Source: Alphaproteobacteria bacterium (GTDB taxonomy: Bacteria > Pseudomonadota > Alphaproteobacteria > UBA7887). From it: a stretch of DNA of 64,000 bases. The notes under the pieces were generated by a model, which was given only the letters and a program-made list of their open reading frames with translations, did no database searches and was not told the DNA's origin. This document shows, in pieces, positions 46,880-56,345 of this stretch. The position numbers and the translations under genes were made by a program. The DNA lies in assembly GCA_965216755.1 (NCBI GenBank), contig CBDCGL010000011.1:4128001-4192000 (forward strand), given 5' to 3'. The stretch's first letter is position 1. Each line of letters begins with the position of its first letter.

Positions 46880-48127
46880 ATGAACTCGCGAGAATTGGTT
46901 TTTGGAATGGTGTTGGCCGGATTTGCGGCGCACGCGGCAATGGCCGCAGACGAAGTTGAAGTGCTGCATTGGTGGACATCGGGCGGTGAGGCCGCGGCTC
47001 TGAACGTTTTGAAAGAAGACCTGGAGTCAAAGGGCGTCACTTGGCAGGATATGCCGGTCGCCGGTGGCGGCGGTGAGCAGGCGATGACGGTTTTGCGCGC
47101 GCGGGTCACCGCAGGCAATCCGCCAACAGCCGTGCAGATGCTTGGGTTTGATATTTTGGATTGGGCGGATCAGGGCGCTCTCGCCGACCTGAACGACGTT
47201 GCTGCGAATGAAGATTGGGGCGCTGTCGTGCCCGGCGCTTTGCAAGGCTTCTCAAAGTTCGACGGTCAGTGGATCGCGGCGCCGGTTAACGTTCACTCGA
47301 CCAACTGGGTGTGGGCGAACAAGAAAATCTTCGATGAGCTTGGTTTGTCGGTACCGACCAATTGGGACGAGTTGGTCGCCGCACTGGATGCGATCCAGGG
47401 CGCTGGCTATACGGCTTTGGCCCATGGTGGCCAAGCATGGCAAGACGCGACGATCTTTGATGCTGTCTTGATGGCAACGGGCGGGCCAGAATTCTACCAG
47501 CAAGCGGCAATTGAATTGGATCCCGCGGCGTTGGGTTCGGACACGATGAAAACTGTGTTTGACCGGATGGCTGTTTTGCGCAGTTATGTCGACGATAATT
47601 TCTCAGGCCGTGATTGGAATCTGGCGACCGCGATGGTGATCGAGGGCCAAGCCGGCATGCAAATGATGGGCGATTGGGCCAAGGGCGAATTTCTGAATGC
47701 CGGTCAGACGCCGGATCAGGATTTCTTGTGCTTCCGCTTTCCGGGCACCCAAGGCACGGTGACGTTCAATTCCGATCAGTTCGCCATGTTTGCGGTCGGC
47801 TCGGATCGCCAAGCGGCGCAAGTTGAACTTGCGAGCGCGATCATGAGCCCGAGCTTCCAATCCGCGTTTAACGTCGTCAAAGGGTCGGTTCCGGCGCGTA
47901 CCGACGTGTCCGACGAAGCCTTTGAAGCCTGCGGAAAAAAGGGCATGAAGGACCTTGCGGAAGCCAGTGCCAACGGCACATTGTTTGGATCGTTGGCCCA
48001 CGGTCACGCGGCGCCCGCGGCGGTTAAGAACGCCTTCTATGACGTCGTGACGGCCCATTTCAACGGCGAATTCGATTCGTCCGAAGCGGTCGAGGAACTG
48101 GTTCTCGCGATTGAGTCCGCCCAATAG
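46880..48127 (+). CDS. Sugar (glucose/mannose-type) ABC transporter substrate-binding protein
   Basis: [32 protein letters not shown] and KGS.PAR motifs (GtsA-like). Confidence 0.9.
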   Translation: MNSRELVFGMVLAGFAAHAAMAADEVEVLHWWTSGGEAAALNVLKEDLESKGVTWQDMPVAGGGGEQAMTVLRARVTAGNPPTAVQMLGFDILDWADQGALADLNDVAANEDWGAVVPGALQGFSKFDGQWIAAPVNVHSTNWVWANKKIFDELGLSVPTNWDELVAALDAIQGAGYTALAHGGQAWQDATIFDAVLMATGGPEFYQQAAIELDPAALGSDTMKTVFDRMAVLRSYVDDNFSGRDWNLATAMVIEGQAGMQMMGDWAKGEFLNAGQTPDQDFLCFRFPGTQGTVTFNSDQFAMFAVGSDRQAAQVELASAIMSPSFQSAFNVVKGSVPARTDVSDEAFEACGKKGMKDLAEASANGTLFGSLAHGHAAPAAVKNAFYDVVTAHFNGEFDSSEAVEELVLAIESAQ

Positions 48128-48239
48128 GGCATGGGCATTGAAAGGCTTGGTAGCAAGCCGCGGCGGCGCGATGCATTCGGGTGCGCGTCGGATGTTCGCG
48201 TCGCCGCACGCGGATTGATTTGGCCGGTGGGCGACTGAA

Positions 48240-49166
48240 ATGAGCCCATCCGCCATGGCTGAGACACCGGCCCCCGGGGTAAATGTTGGGCGTGCTTGGT
48301 TGCAGGCGGCGCTGCCGCGCCTGGTTTTGGCGCCCAGTTTCGCGCTGGTGGTCATTTTCGTTTATGGCTTTATCGCTTTCACCGGGATCTTGTCGTTTAC
48401 CGATTCCAAAATCCTGCCGAGCTTCGACTGGGTCGGGCTTGCCAACTATGTCAAGCTTTGGAAGCTCCGACATTGGTCGACCGCGCTCCAGAACTTGGCC
48501 ATTTTTGGTGGGTTGTACATCGGTATTTGCACCGTAATCGGCCTTGGTCTGGCGATCTTGCTGGACCAGAAGATCCGCGGTGAAGGGGTGCTGCGCCCCA
48601 TCTATCTGTATCCGATGGCGTTGTCGTTCATCGTGACCGGCACCGCGTGGAAGTGGTTTTTGGATCCCGGCATCGGACTGGAGAACACCGTGCGGGGTTG
48701 GGGCTGGGAAAGCTTCGACTTCGATTGGATCAAGGACCGCACAATGGCGATCTATTGCATTGTCATTGCGGCGGTTTGGCAAACTTCGGGCTTCGTCATG
48801 GCCATGTTTCTGGCCGGTCTGCGTGGTATCGATAATGAAATCATCAAAGCCGCGCAGATCGACGGTGCCAGCAGCTTCAAGCTCTATCGCCGCATTATCA
48901 TTCCCATGCTGCGGCCAGCCTTTCTATCGGCATTTGTGATCTTGGCCCATATGGCGATCAAGTCCTACGATTTGGTCATTGCGCTGACCAATGGCGGCCC
49001 CGGGCGGGCGACCGAAATGCCGGCGACATTCATGTACTCCTATACATTCACCCGCAATCAAATGGGCGTCGGTGCCAGCTCAGCGGTAATTATGCTGATG
49101 ATGGTTGCCGCGATCATCGTCCCCTATTTGTACGCGGAGTTGCGTGGCGGTGACCGTGAGCGCTGA
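48240..49166 (+). CDS. Carbohydrate ABC transporter permease
   Basis: LYPMALSFIVTG..W and EAA-like loop AAQIDGA. Confidence 0.9.
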   Translation: MSPSAMAETPAPGVNVGRAWLQAALPRLVLAPSFALVVIFVYGFIAFTGILSFTDSKILPSFDWVGLANYVKLWKLRHWSTALQNLAIFGGLYIGICTVIGLGLAILLDQKIRGEGVLRPIYLYPMALSFIVTGTAWKWFLDPGIGLENTVRGWGWESFDFDWIKDRTMAIYCIVIAAVWQTSGFVMAMFLAGLRGIDNEIIKAAQIDGASSFKLYRRIIIPMLRPAFLSAFVILAHMAIKSYDLVIALTNGGPGRATEMPATFMYSYTFTRNQMGVGASSAVIMLMMVAAIIVPYLYAELRGGDRER

Positions 49167-50037
49167 GGCGCAGCAAACGGCCATTCGCACCGCACGTCTG
49201 ACGCGCGCCGTGATCTATGCGGTCCTGCTGGTATTGCTCGTCTTTTACCTGCTGCCGCTTTTTGTGATGGTGGTCAATTCAGTCAAACCGCTCGACGAGA
49301 TTCGCGGCGGTTCGATGCTGGCGTTGCCGGTTGTGTTCACCGTCGAGCCTTGGCTGAACGCATGGCACACGGCGCAAATCGGCGTCGCACCGACGGGCCT
49401 TAAGCCGTATTTTTGGAATTCGATCAAGATGGTCGTGCCCGCAGTCGCAATTTCAACGCTCCTCGGCGCGCTCAACGGCTATGTGCTGACCAAGTGGCGG
49501 TTTCGCGGCGACACGCTGTTGTTCGGTTTGATGCTGTTTGCCTGCTTTATACCGTTTCAGATCGTCTTGATTCCGATGGCGCGGATTTTGGGCATGATTG
49601 GCTTGGCGGGCACCACTTGGGGCCTGGTGCTTGTTCACGTGGTCTATGGCTTGGGCTTCACAACGCTGTTTTTCCGTAACTATTACGCGGCATTTCCAAC
49701 AGAGCTGGTGCGCGCGGCGCAAATCGATGGTGCGCGGTTTTTTCAGATTTTTTGGCGCATATTGCTGCCCAGTTCGGGGCCGATCATTGTGGTCACAGTG
49801 ATCTGGCAATTCACCAATGTGTGGAACGACTTTCTGTTTGGCGCGTCGTTCGCCGATTTCGACTCTATGCCGATGACGGCAGCGCTCAACAATCTGGTCA
49901 GTTCGTCGACCGGCGTGAAGGAATACAATGTCCATTTCGCCGGTGCGATCTTGGCGGCACTGCCGACTTTGATTGTGTATATCGTTTCCGGCCGCTATTT
50001 CGTGCGTGGCCTGATGGCCGGCGCCGTAAAGGGATGA
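49156..50037 (+). CDS. Carbohydrate ABC transporter permease
   Basis: ELVRAAQIDGA, WQFT..WNDF and FVRGL.AGAVKG motifs. Confidence 0.9.
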   Translation: MSAEAQQTAIRTARLTRAVIYAVLLVLLVFYLLPLFVMVVNSVKPLDEIRGGSMLALPVVFTVEPWLNAWHTAQIGVAPTGLKPYFWNSIKMVVPAVAISTLLGALNGYVLTKWRFRGDTLLFGLMLFACFIPFQIVLIPMARILGMIGLAGTTWGLVLVHVVYGLGFTTLFFRNYYAAFPTELVRAAQIDGARFFQIFWRILLPSSGPIIVVTVIWQFTNVWNDFLFGASFADFDSMPMTAALNNLVSSSTGVKEYNVHFAGAILAALPTLIVYIVSGRYFVRGLMAGAVKG

Positions 50038-50041
50038 CCAC

Positions 50042-51157
50042 ATGCCGTTTCTTGAGATCGATAATCTGGACAAACAATTTGGGTCGGTCGCGGTTCTCAA
50101 AGACATCAATATCGCGGTCGAAGAAGGGGCTTTTTTGGTATTGGTGGGCCCGTCGGGTTGCGGCAAGTCGACCTTGTTGAACACCATCGCCGGACTGGAA
50201 GCGGTCAGCGCAGGCGAAGTTCGTATCGCCGGCCGACGAGTCAACGAACTGCACCCGTCGGAGCGCGATATCGCGATGGTTTTCCAATCCTATGCCCTTT
50301 ATCCGAACATGACCGTGGCGCAGAACATTGCTTTCGGCATGGAAATGCGCGGTGTGCCGAAAGCTGAGCGGACGGTTGCGATTCAAAAAGTCGCGCGCCT
50401 GCTGCAGATTGAGCCGTTGCTCAATCGTCGGCCCAGCCAATTGTCGGGTGGCCAACGTCAGCGCGTTGCCATGGGGCGTGCGTTGGTTCGCGAACCATTG
50501 GTCTTTTTGTTCGACGAACCCTTGTCGAATCTTGATGCCAAGCTACGGGTTGATATGCGTACGGAAATCAAGCGGCTGCATCAAAACATGGCGACGACGA
50601 TCGTCTATGTCACGCACGACCAGATTGAGGCCATGACGTTGGCAACTCAAATTGCTGTTCTCAAAGATGGCAAAGTGCAACAGCTTGGGACGCCCGCCGA
50701 GATCTACAATGATCCTGCAAACATTTTCGTCGCTGATTTCATGGGATCGCCGGCCATGAATCTGATACCGGCACGCGTCGAAATTCGGGGCGATCAAGCG
50801 ATTTTGGCCATGGAGCGTGAAGGTGATGGGCCGTTGGCTTTGTCGATGGGGGCCGAAAAGGATGGATTGCATCAGATCAACGGGCGGGAAATTATCTTCG
50901 GCATACGGCCGGAAGCCATTACCGATCCAGACGGCGCGGATCGCAATAGCCAACATGTCGCACAGGCCGATTGCCTTGTCGATGTCGTTGAGCCCGCCGG
51001 ATCCGACACCTTCATCGTGACGCGACTGGGCGGTAAGGAAGTCATTGCGCGCATGCGCGCCGACAGTGCCGTTGTGGCGGGGGATCGCGCACCGCTGGCA
51101 TTCAATCTAGACAAGGCCGTATTCTTTGATCGCGATACCGAGCGACGCATTGCCTGA
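50042..51157 (+). CDS. Carbohydrate ABC transporter ATP-binding protein (MalK/UgpC family)
   Basis: GPSGCGKST, FQSYALYP, LSGGQRQR and DEPLSNLDAKLR motifs. Confidence 0.95.
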   Translation: MPFLEIDNLDKQFGSVAVLKDINIAVEEGAFLVLVGPSGCGKSTLLNTIAGLEAVSAGEVRIAGRRVNELHPSERDIAMVFQSYALYPNMTVAQNIAFGMEMRGVPKAERTVAIQKVARLLQIEPLLNRRPSQLSGGQRQRVAMGRALVREPLVFLFDEPLSNLDAKLRVDMRTEIKRLHQNMATTIVYVTHDQIEAMTLATQIAVLKDGKVQQLGTPAEIYNDPANIFVADFMGSPAMNLIPARVEIRGDQAILAMEREGDGPLALSMGAEKDGLHQINGREIIFGIRPEAITDPDGADRNSQHVAQADCLVDVVEPAGSDTFIVTRLGGKEVIARMRADSAVVAGDRAPLAFNLDKAVFFDRDTERRIA

Positions 51158-51195
51158 TTGTGCACTGTCTATGGACGGTAGCGCCAGCGACGCGC

Positions 51196-52647
51196 CTATT
51201 CGGCCATGACCAGTGCCTTGCTATCTTCCGTGGCCGCGGCGGTTGCGTCAGCGGGTAAAGATACGGGGAGCCGCGCGCGGAAGGTGCTGCCTTGACCAAG
51301 GGCGCTGGTCAAATCCATCTCACCGTCCATCAATTTGATGATCTCTTGGCAAATAGCCAGCCCGAGCCCTGAGCCGCCATGTCGACGGCTGATGGACGCG
51401 TCTGCTTGGGTGAAAGCTTGAAATAGAGATTCCTGAACGTCGGGTGCAATGCCCTCGCCGGTATCGCGTACTTCGCAGAAAAGTGCCGGTTGCTTTCCGT
51501 GCAGTGCGCCATAGGAGATGCGCAGTTCGACCTCTCCCACGTCGGTGAATTTGATGGCATTTCCCACCAAATTATTGAGCACCTGGCGGATTCTCGTCGG
51601 GTCGCCATTTACGATAGCCGGCACATCGGGCGCGACTTCAGCAGACAGCCGCACCTTCTTTTCTTGCGCAAGCGGTTCAAACATGCGCAGCACCCGATTC
51701 ACGATATCATCGACGCTGAAATCAATTCTTTCCAGTTGCATCAACCCCGCGGACAAACGTGAAAAATCGAGAATATCGTTGATCACACCCAAAAGGTCGT
51801 GGGATGCGTCTTTCATGTTTACGCAGTAGCTTTTTTGCGTTGGATCCAGGTCCGTGTTGGCGAGCAATTCGTTCATGCCAATGATGCTGTTCATGGGCGA
51901 GCGCATCTCGTGGGTCATTGTTGCGAGAAATCGCTCTTTAGCTTTGACCGCGTCATTTGCGTTCTCGAGCGCGTCGCGTAGCTGCATCGCCAAATCTTCG
52001 GAAGAAATGCGATAGGCAATCGACCGCTTAAGCGCGACATGGAACTCATTTGATGCATTGATCAGGAATCCCAAATACGCCAGCACCAAGACCCCGAGTA
52101 CGATCGCCATCTCTTGACCGCTGGACAGCATGGTCACGGCCAATGGCCCCAACATTGTAATGCCGAACCAAATCGACGATGCCAGAAAGCCGGTGAATAG
52201 CACCAGGGCGCCGGCCGCGACCCCGTTACATGTCATGACGAGAAACGCCTGATGTTCGGGCCCGACGTGATGAAAACAGGTCGCCGCCAACAGCGCGGTC
52301 GGAAGTGCTTGGCAGATTGCGGCGACCAGGTGGAATCGTCGCCACTTCGCGGCACCCTGGTCCGCCGGCGAGGCGCCACGAAACGCATGAACAAGTAACA
52401 AGGGCACGCCGCTGACCAACAGATATGCGACCGCCCACGAGACCAAAGTCTCCAGCGGCACCTCGTGCCAGAGTACGTACAAGACGGCGCTGATAATCAG
52501 CGGCACGGCCAGAACGCCGGTGGCGTTCTGGCGAAAAACGATGTCGGCGAGCGTGCCATTGATGCGCCGGTCATCAACGAGCCTCATGCTCTCTGGCAGT
52601 CCTTCCGCCGATTTCGTCTGTCGCATTGGGGCCTCGCGCGGCGACAT
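51196..52647 (-). CDS. Membrane sensor histidine kinase (about 6 TM, no receiver domain)
   Basis: H-box HEMRSPMN, N-box GNAIKFT, DTGEG, F.Q.D and GGSGLGLAI. Confidence 0.9.
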   Translation of the reverse strand: MSPREAPMRQTKSAEGLPESMRLVDDRRINGTLADIVFRQNATGVLAVPLIISAVLYVLWHEVPLETLVSWAVAYLLVSGVPLLLVHAFRGASPADQGAAKWRRFHLVAAICQALPTALLAATCFHHVGPEHQAFLVMTCNGVAAGALVLFTGFLASSIWFGITMLGPLAVTMLSSGQEMAIVLGVLVLAYLGFLINASNEFHVALKRSIAYRISSEDLAMQLRDALENANDAVKAKERFLATMTHEMRSPMNSIIGMNELLANTDLDPTQKSYCVNMKDASHDLLGVINDILDFSRLSAGLMQLERIDFSVDDIVNRVLRMFEPLAQEKKVRLSAEVAPDVPAIVNGDPTRIRQVLNNLVGNAIKFTDVGEVELRISYGALHGKQPALFCEVRDTGEGIAPDVQESLFQAFTQADASISRRHGGSGLGLAICQEIIKLMDGEMDLTSALGQGSTFRARLPVSLPADATAAATEDSKALVMAE

Positions 52648-52754
52648 CTCTTATGTTTTTTAGTTTGGGCCGAAGGCCAATTACCTGATCGTGTTTAGCA
52701 TCCGGCCGGTTAATAGGGCGTTAGGGCCAAAGTTATTGGGTTGTTATGATTGGT

Positions 52755-52784
52755 ATCTGTCGTATTCGTGCGAATACGATAGAT
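52755..52784. promoter_or_regulatory. Near-perfect 30-bp palindrome in a divergent promoter region
   Basis: ATCTGTCGTATTCG-TG-CGAATACGATAGAT, one mismatch. Confidence 0.45.
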
Positions 52785-52835
52785 CGTTTGAATACGCCGC
52801 GCCGGTTGCGCGTATCAGCTCAATCGCTCCAAATC

Positions 52836-52872
52836 TGAACCTCGGATGAACGCCCTGTTCAGCGCTGATTCA
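52836..52872 (+). promoter_or_regulatory. Tandem/dyad regulator binding site
   Basis: TGAAC-N6-TGAAC-N5-GTTCA-N6-ATTCA with 11-bp periodicity, about 45 bp upstream of the small secreted protein. Confidence 0.5.
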
Positions 52873-52915
52873 GCTTGTCCGTGGCCAACTTGGCCATTGG
52901 TCAAGGAGAACGGCT

Positions 52916-53254
52916 ATGAAGGGAGCAGTCCGCCTGGCTTTCGGCATCGTCATGACGGTGCTGACGATCACCGCCGTGGCGCAGCCCGCGTCCGCCCACG
53001 ATTGGCACAGCGGCCTGGCATTGAAGTGGTATACGCCAGGGCTGGGACTTTGGTTGTATCAACCGCCATGGCCCCGCCATGGCTACGGGCCGCCAGCGAC
53101 CTACTACGACCCGCCGCGGCGGTGGCATGCGCCACCCCGCCCCCACCATCGCTTCAAGCGGTGGCCCGGGCCCTCACCACGCTGGCATCGTCGTCACTTT
53201 CGGCCTTGGCATAAGCCATGGCCCCACCGCTGGCGCCGCTTTCGCCACTATTAG
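52916..53254 (+). CDS. Small secreted Trp/His/Arg/Pro-rich protein
   Basis: AAGGAGA RBS; signal peptide ending ASA-H; low-complexity W/H/R/P C-terminus. Confidence 0.7.
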   Translation: MKGAVRLAFGIVMTVLTITAVAQPASAHDWHSGLALKWYTPGLGLWLYQPPWPRHGYGPPATYYDPPRRWHAPPRPHHRFKRWPGPSPRWHRRHFRPWHKPWPHRWRRFRHY

Positions 53255-53260
53255 CCGGCG

Positions 53261-54028
53261 TTAGTGATCCTCAAGAAGTGATCCAAATCCGACAATTTTG
53301 TCGGCGATGCCAAGTTCGCGCAGGCGGTGCCAATAGGTCGCGGCATTGATCGCGATCACCGGTTTGGCCAACCATTTCTCGGCCTCCGCCGCAAGGCGCA
53401 TCGCCGAAAGGTTGGTGCCGACTTGAACCAGGGCATCGACGTCATCTGAGTCTATGTTCCGCATGGTCTCGCGCAAGTCATCCTCGGAAACTTCGGCGAT
53501 GGCCACGGGGCTTGGACAGCGCAGGCCGATGAGGCGAACCACATTGAATCCACAATCGGAAAAGAAACGAGTCACTTGCGCATCGGCGATCGGTTGGTAC
53601 GGCGAAATCACGGCGATACGCGTCGCCCCATAGAGTCGGAGCGCGGCGGCGGCCGCAAATGAACCGGCCGTGACCGGCACGCCGGCGTGGTCGGCAAGCT
53701 CTTGTCGCCGCTTTGCTGACGCGTCAAGTCCGCCCCAAAACATGTGGGACGACATGCCCATCATCAGATAGTCGGGTGCGCAGGTGAGGCACCGGTCGAC
53801 AGCACCCAGAAGCTCTCGGCCAATGGTATCCATCAGTGCTTTGAAATCATCGTCGTTTCGAATCGGCATGTTCGCGACCATGATGCGGCCGAAATGGTTG
53901 GCCACACCACGTGGCCGCATGTCGTCGAAGTCCGGTTGAACTACCGTATTGGTTGACGGCGCGACGACCGCGATTTTGGCCCGCCAACCCAGCGCATCGG
54001 CGCTGCGTGCAACAGCTTCGGGGTTCAT
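53261..54028 (-). CDS. Asp/Glu racemase superfamily protein (maleate isomerase/arylmalonate decarboxylase-like)
   Basis: PSTNTVV, RIAVISPY, QVGTNL and KPVIAINAA.YW motifs. Confidence 0.8.
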   Translation of the reverse strand: MNPEAVARSADALGWRAKIAVVAPSTNTVVQPDFDDMRPRGVANHFGRIMVANMPIRNDDDFKALMDTIGRELLGAVDRCLTCAPDYLMMGMSSHMFWGGLDASAKRRQELADHAGVPVTAGSFAAAAALRLYGATRIAVISPYQPIADAQVTRFFSDCGFNVVRLIGLRCPSPVAIAEVSEDDLRETMRNIDSDDVDALVQVGTNLSAMRLAAEAEKWLAKPVIAINAATYWHRLRELGIADKIVGFGSLLEDH

Positions 54029-54149
54029 CGCGGTGTCCTTTCCGGTCGTGGCGGCAGGCCTTGGGTGGCGACGGATAAAGCGATAGTCTGGGCATCGTGC
54101 ATATGCCGACAACGATCCTATCGGATCCAGCCGAGGACGGGTTTTTGAA

Positions 54150-54560
54150 ATGGACGACGCGTATCCCGACATTGTCGAATCGTTACGGGCTTATTTTGAT
54201 GGGTTTTACTACAGCGACGTGGCGCAACTGAAAACCATCTTTCATCCGGCTTGCCACCTTTACACGGCGACCGACGGGCCGTTGCAGGATGATGACATGG
54301 ACGCGGTCTATGCCCGCGTCGCCGGGCGTACGGCGCCGGCTGCAAATCGCCAGAAACGGTTGGACCGGATCTTGTCAGTCGATCATTCGGGTCCGGAATC
54401 GGCACTCGCGAAAGTACAGATCGCCATCGGCGAGAAGCTGTTCACCGACTATTTGACGATGTTGAAGATCGGTGGTCGTTGGCAAATCATATCAAAGACC
54501 TACACCTATGTGCCGATTGCGGTCGAGGTCGAAGACGCGGGCAGTGTCGCCGCCGAATAG
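54150..54560 (+). CDS. NTF2-like (lumazine-binding-like) protein
   Basis: YFDG.Y..D...L...FHP and FTDYL..LK..GRWQIISK motifs. Confidence 0.8.
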   Translation: MDDAYPDIVESLRAYFDGFYYSDVAQLKTIFHPACHLYTATDGPLQDDDMDAVYARVAGRTAPAANRQKRLDRILSVDHSGPESALAKVQIAIGEKLFTDYLTMLKIGGRWQIISKTYTYVPIAVEVEDAGSVAAE

Positions 54561-54567
54561 GCCGATT

Positions 54568-55056
54568 TTAGTCGTGTTCGTCCGGCGTTAGCCGATAGCG
54601 AAAATCGCAATGGTCGGCGCCGGACATGATGGTTTGTGTTCGGGTCAGCTTAATGCGGGGATTGTAGCCTGTACAAAAGGCGCCATCGCGGCCGCAGGAT
54701 AGAATGGCGCCGATATCTTCGAGGCCCATGTCACGATACATCTCGGCGTAGCGGCACCGCGTCACGTTAAAGGCGAAGTGCTCGTCGTCTTGTTCGAGGA
54801 TGTCGATGTTAAGTGCATCATCGGCCTGCCATTGGGGCAAAAGGGCGGCAAAGCCCGCCAGATCGTTGGCGACCGTTTGTCGTGCCGCATGCGCGCGGCC
54901 ATGATCGACCGCATTGCGGACGATCGCCCTTTGCAAAATGGCCTGAGCCTGTTCGGGTCCCAATGCGGCGGACATTTCCTCGTAGATCGGCCGAATAACA
55001 TTGGCCTCGATACGGCGCCGCGACAGGATCGGAAGGTCGTCAATGCTGTGGGTCAT
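54568..55056 (-). CDS. L-2-amino-thiazoline-4-carboxylic acid hydrolase-like protein
   Basis: FNVTRCRYAEMY, L.C.RD and RTQTIM.GA.HCDFRY motifs. Confidence 0.8.
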   Translation of the reverse strand: MTHSIDDLPILSRRRIEANVIRPIYEEMSAALGPEQAQAILQRAIVRNAVDHGRAHAARQTVANDLAGFAALLPQWQADDALNIDILEQDDEHFAFNVTRCRYAEMYRDMGLEDIGAILSCGRDGAFCTGYNPRIKLTRTQTIMSGADHCDFRYRLTPDEHD

Positions 55057-55130
55057 GGCAAACTAGATTTGGATTTAGCCCGATGTTCGCACGCCAGAGT
55101 ATGATCGATCGTAGCCAATAGGACCACGCC

Positions 55131-55892
55131 ATGGATCTTGGACTCAACGGCAAACGCGCGATCGTGACAGGTGGATCGCGGGGCATCGGCCGCGCGATCG
55201 CCGAAACATTGGCGCGCGAAGGCTGCGCGGTCGGCCTTTGTGCACGCGGCGCGGACGGCGTCGAAGACGCCGTCCGTGCATGTGAAGCCCTTGGCCAGCA
55301 TGCCCTTGGCGCTGCCGTGAATGTCGCCGATGGTGCGGCGCTGCAAGGCTGGATCGCAGAAACCGCGGAGAGTCTGGGCGGTCTTGACGTACTCGTCTGC
55401 AATGCCAGCGCCTTGGCCACCGCACAAACCGATGCCGCGTGGCAAAAGGGTTTCGCGACCGACATTATGGGCACCGTGCACGCGGTCGAGGCGGCGCTGC
55501 CTTTTCTGAAGCGCGGCGATGGCGGCGCCATCGTCGCGATCGCCAGCACGGCCGCGTTGGAAATCTATTCCGGCTCGCGCCCGTATAGCGCGGTGAAAGC
55601 GGCACTGATCAACTATGTCGCCGGTCTGAGCGCGACGCTTGGGCAAGATCATATTCGTGCCAATAGCGTTTGCCCCGGCGCGACCTATTTCCCGGGCGGC
55701 GTCTGGGCGCGGGCCGAGACCGAGAACCCGGACGCGTACCAGGCGTTGGTCGGTCGCGCTGCCCTTGGCCGAATGGCCGGGCCGGAAGAAATCGCGCGGG
55801 CCGCCGTATTTTTGGCCAGTCCCGCCGCGAGTTTCATCACCGGCGCGAACTTGGTGGTCGACGGCGGTCTGACCCATCGTGTGCAATATTGA
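55131..55892 (+). CDS. Short-chain dehydrogenase/reductase
   Basis: TGGSRGIG, YSAVKAA, RANSVCPG and TGANLVVDGG motifs. Confidence 0.92.
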   Translation: MDLGLNGKRAIVTGGSRGIGRAIAETLAREGCAVGLCARGADGVEDAVRACEALGQHALGAAVNVADGAALQGWIAETAESLGGLDVLVCNASALATAQTDAAWQKGFATDIMGTVHAVEAALPFLKRGDGGAIVAIASTAALEIYSGSRPYSAVKAALINYVAGLSATLGQDHIRANSVCPGATYFPGGVWARAETENPDAYQALVGRAALGRMAGPEEIARAAVFLASPAASFITGANLVVDGGLTHRVQY

Positions 55893-56013
55893 GGGCTTGG
55901 CCAAGCGATCGGTCGCGCGTGACAGCATTGCCGAAGCGACCGAAACGGTGTACCCGCTAGAACCGTCGGCGCCGTCGGGTCGGCGAAGTAGAACGCGCAA
56001 CGGAGCAATCTTT

Positions 56014-56259
56014 ATGGCAGATGACACAAAAAATGACGACGGTCGTGAACGGATTACAGTTCTGGCCAAGGAATTTACGCCTGCTGCAATGGAGTACCAT
56101 CGCCGGCGCATGGGCAATCAAGGCTATTCATTGGCGGCGCCGATTACAGCCCACAAGGTTTTTGTTATTGAAGGGCCGGGCGAGCCGACCCCGTTGCTTG
56201 GCGGCGAAGAGTATTTCGCTGCAACTTTTATTCGCAAATCGCCGGACGATGAAGATTGA
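56014..56259 (+). CDS. Small hypothetical protein (81 aa)
   Basis: GGAG RBS; ordered globular-looking sequence RITVLAKEF...MEYHRRRM...GY...YFAATF; co-oriented with its neighbours. Confidence 0.6.
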   Translation: MADDTKNDDGRERITVLAKEFTPAAMEYHRRRMGNQGYSLAAPITAHKVFVIEGPGEPTPLLGGEEYFAATFIRKSPDDED

Positions 56260-56345
56260 AACGTGTGATTCAGCCGAATTGCCTCCGGCAGACCGTTGAC
56301 GGCGCAGGAATGTGGTCCGCAGCGGTCGTGAGCGTGTGAATTGCG

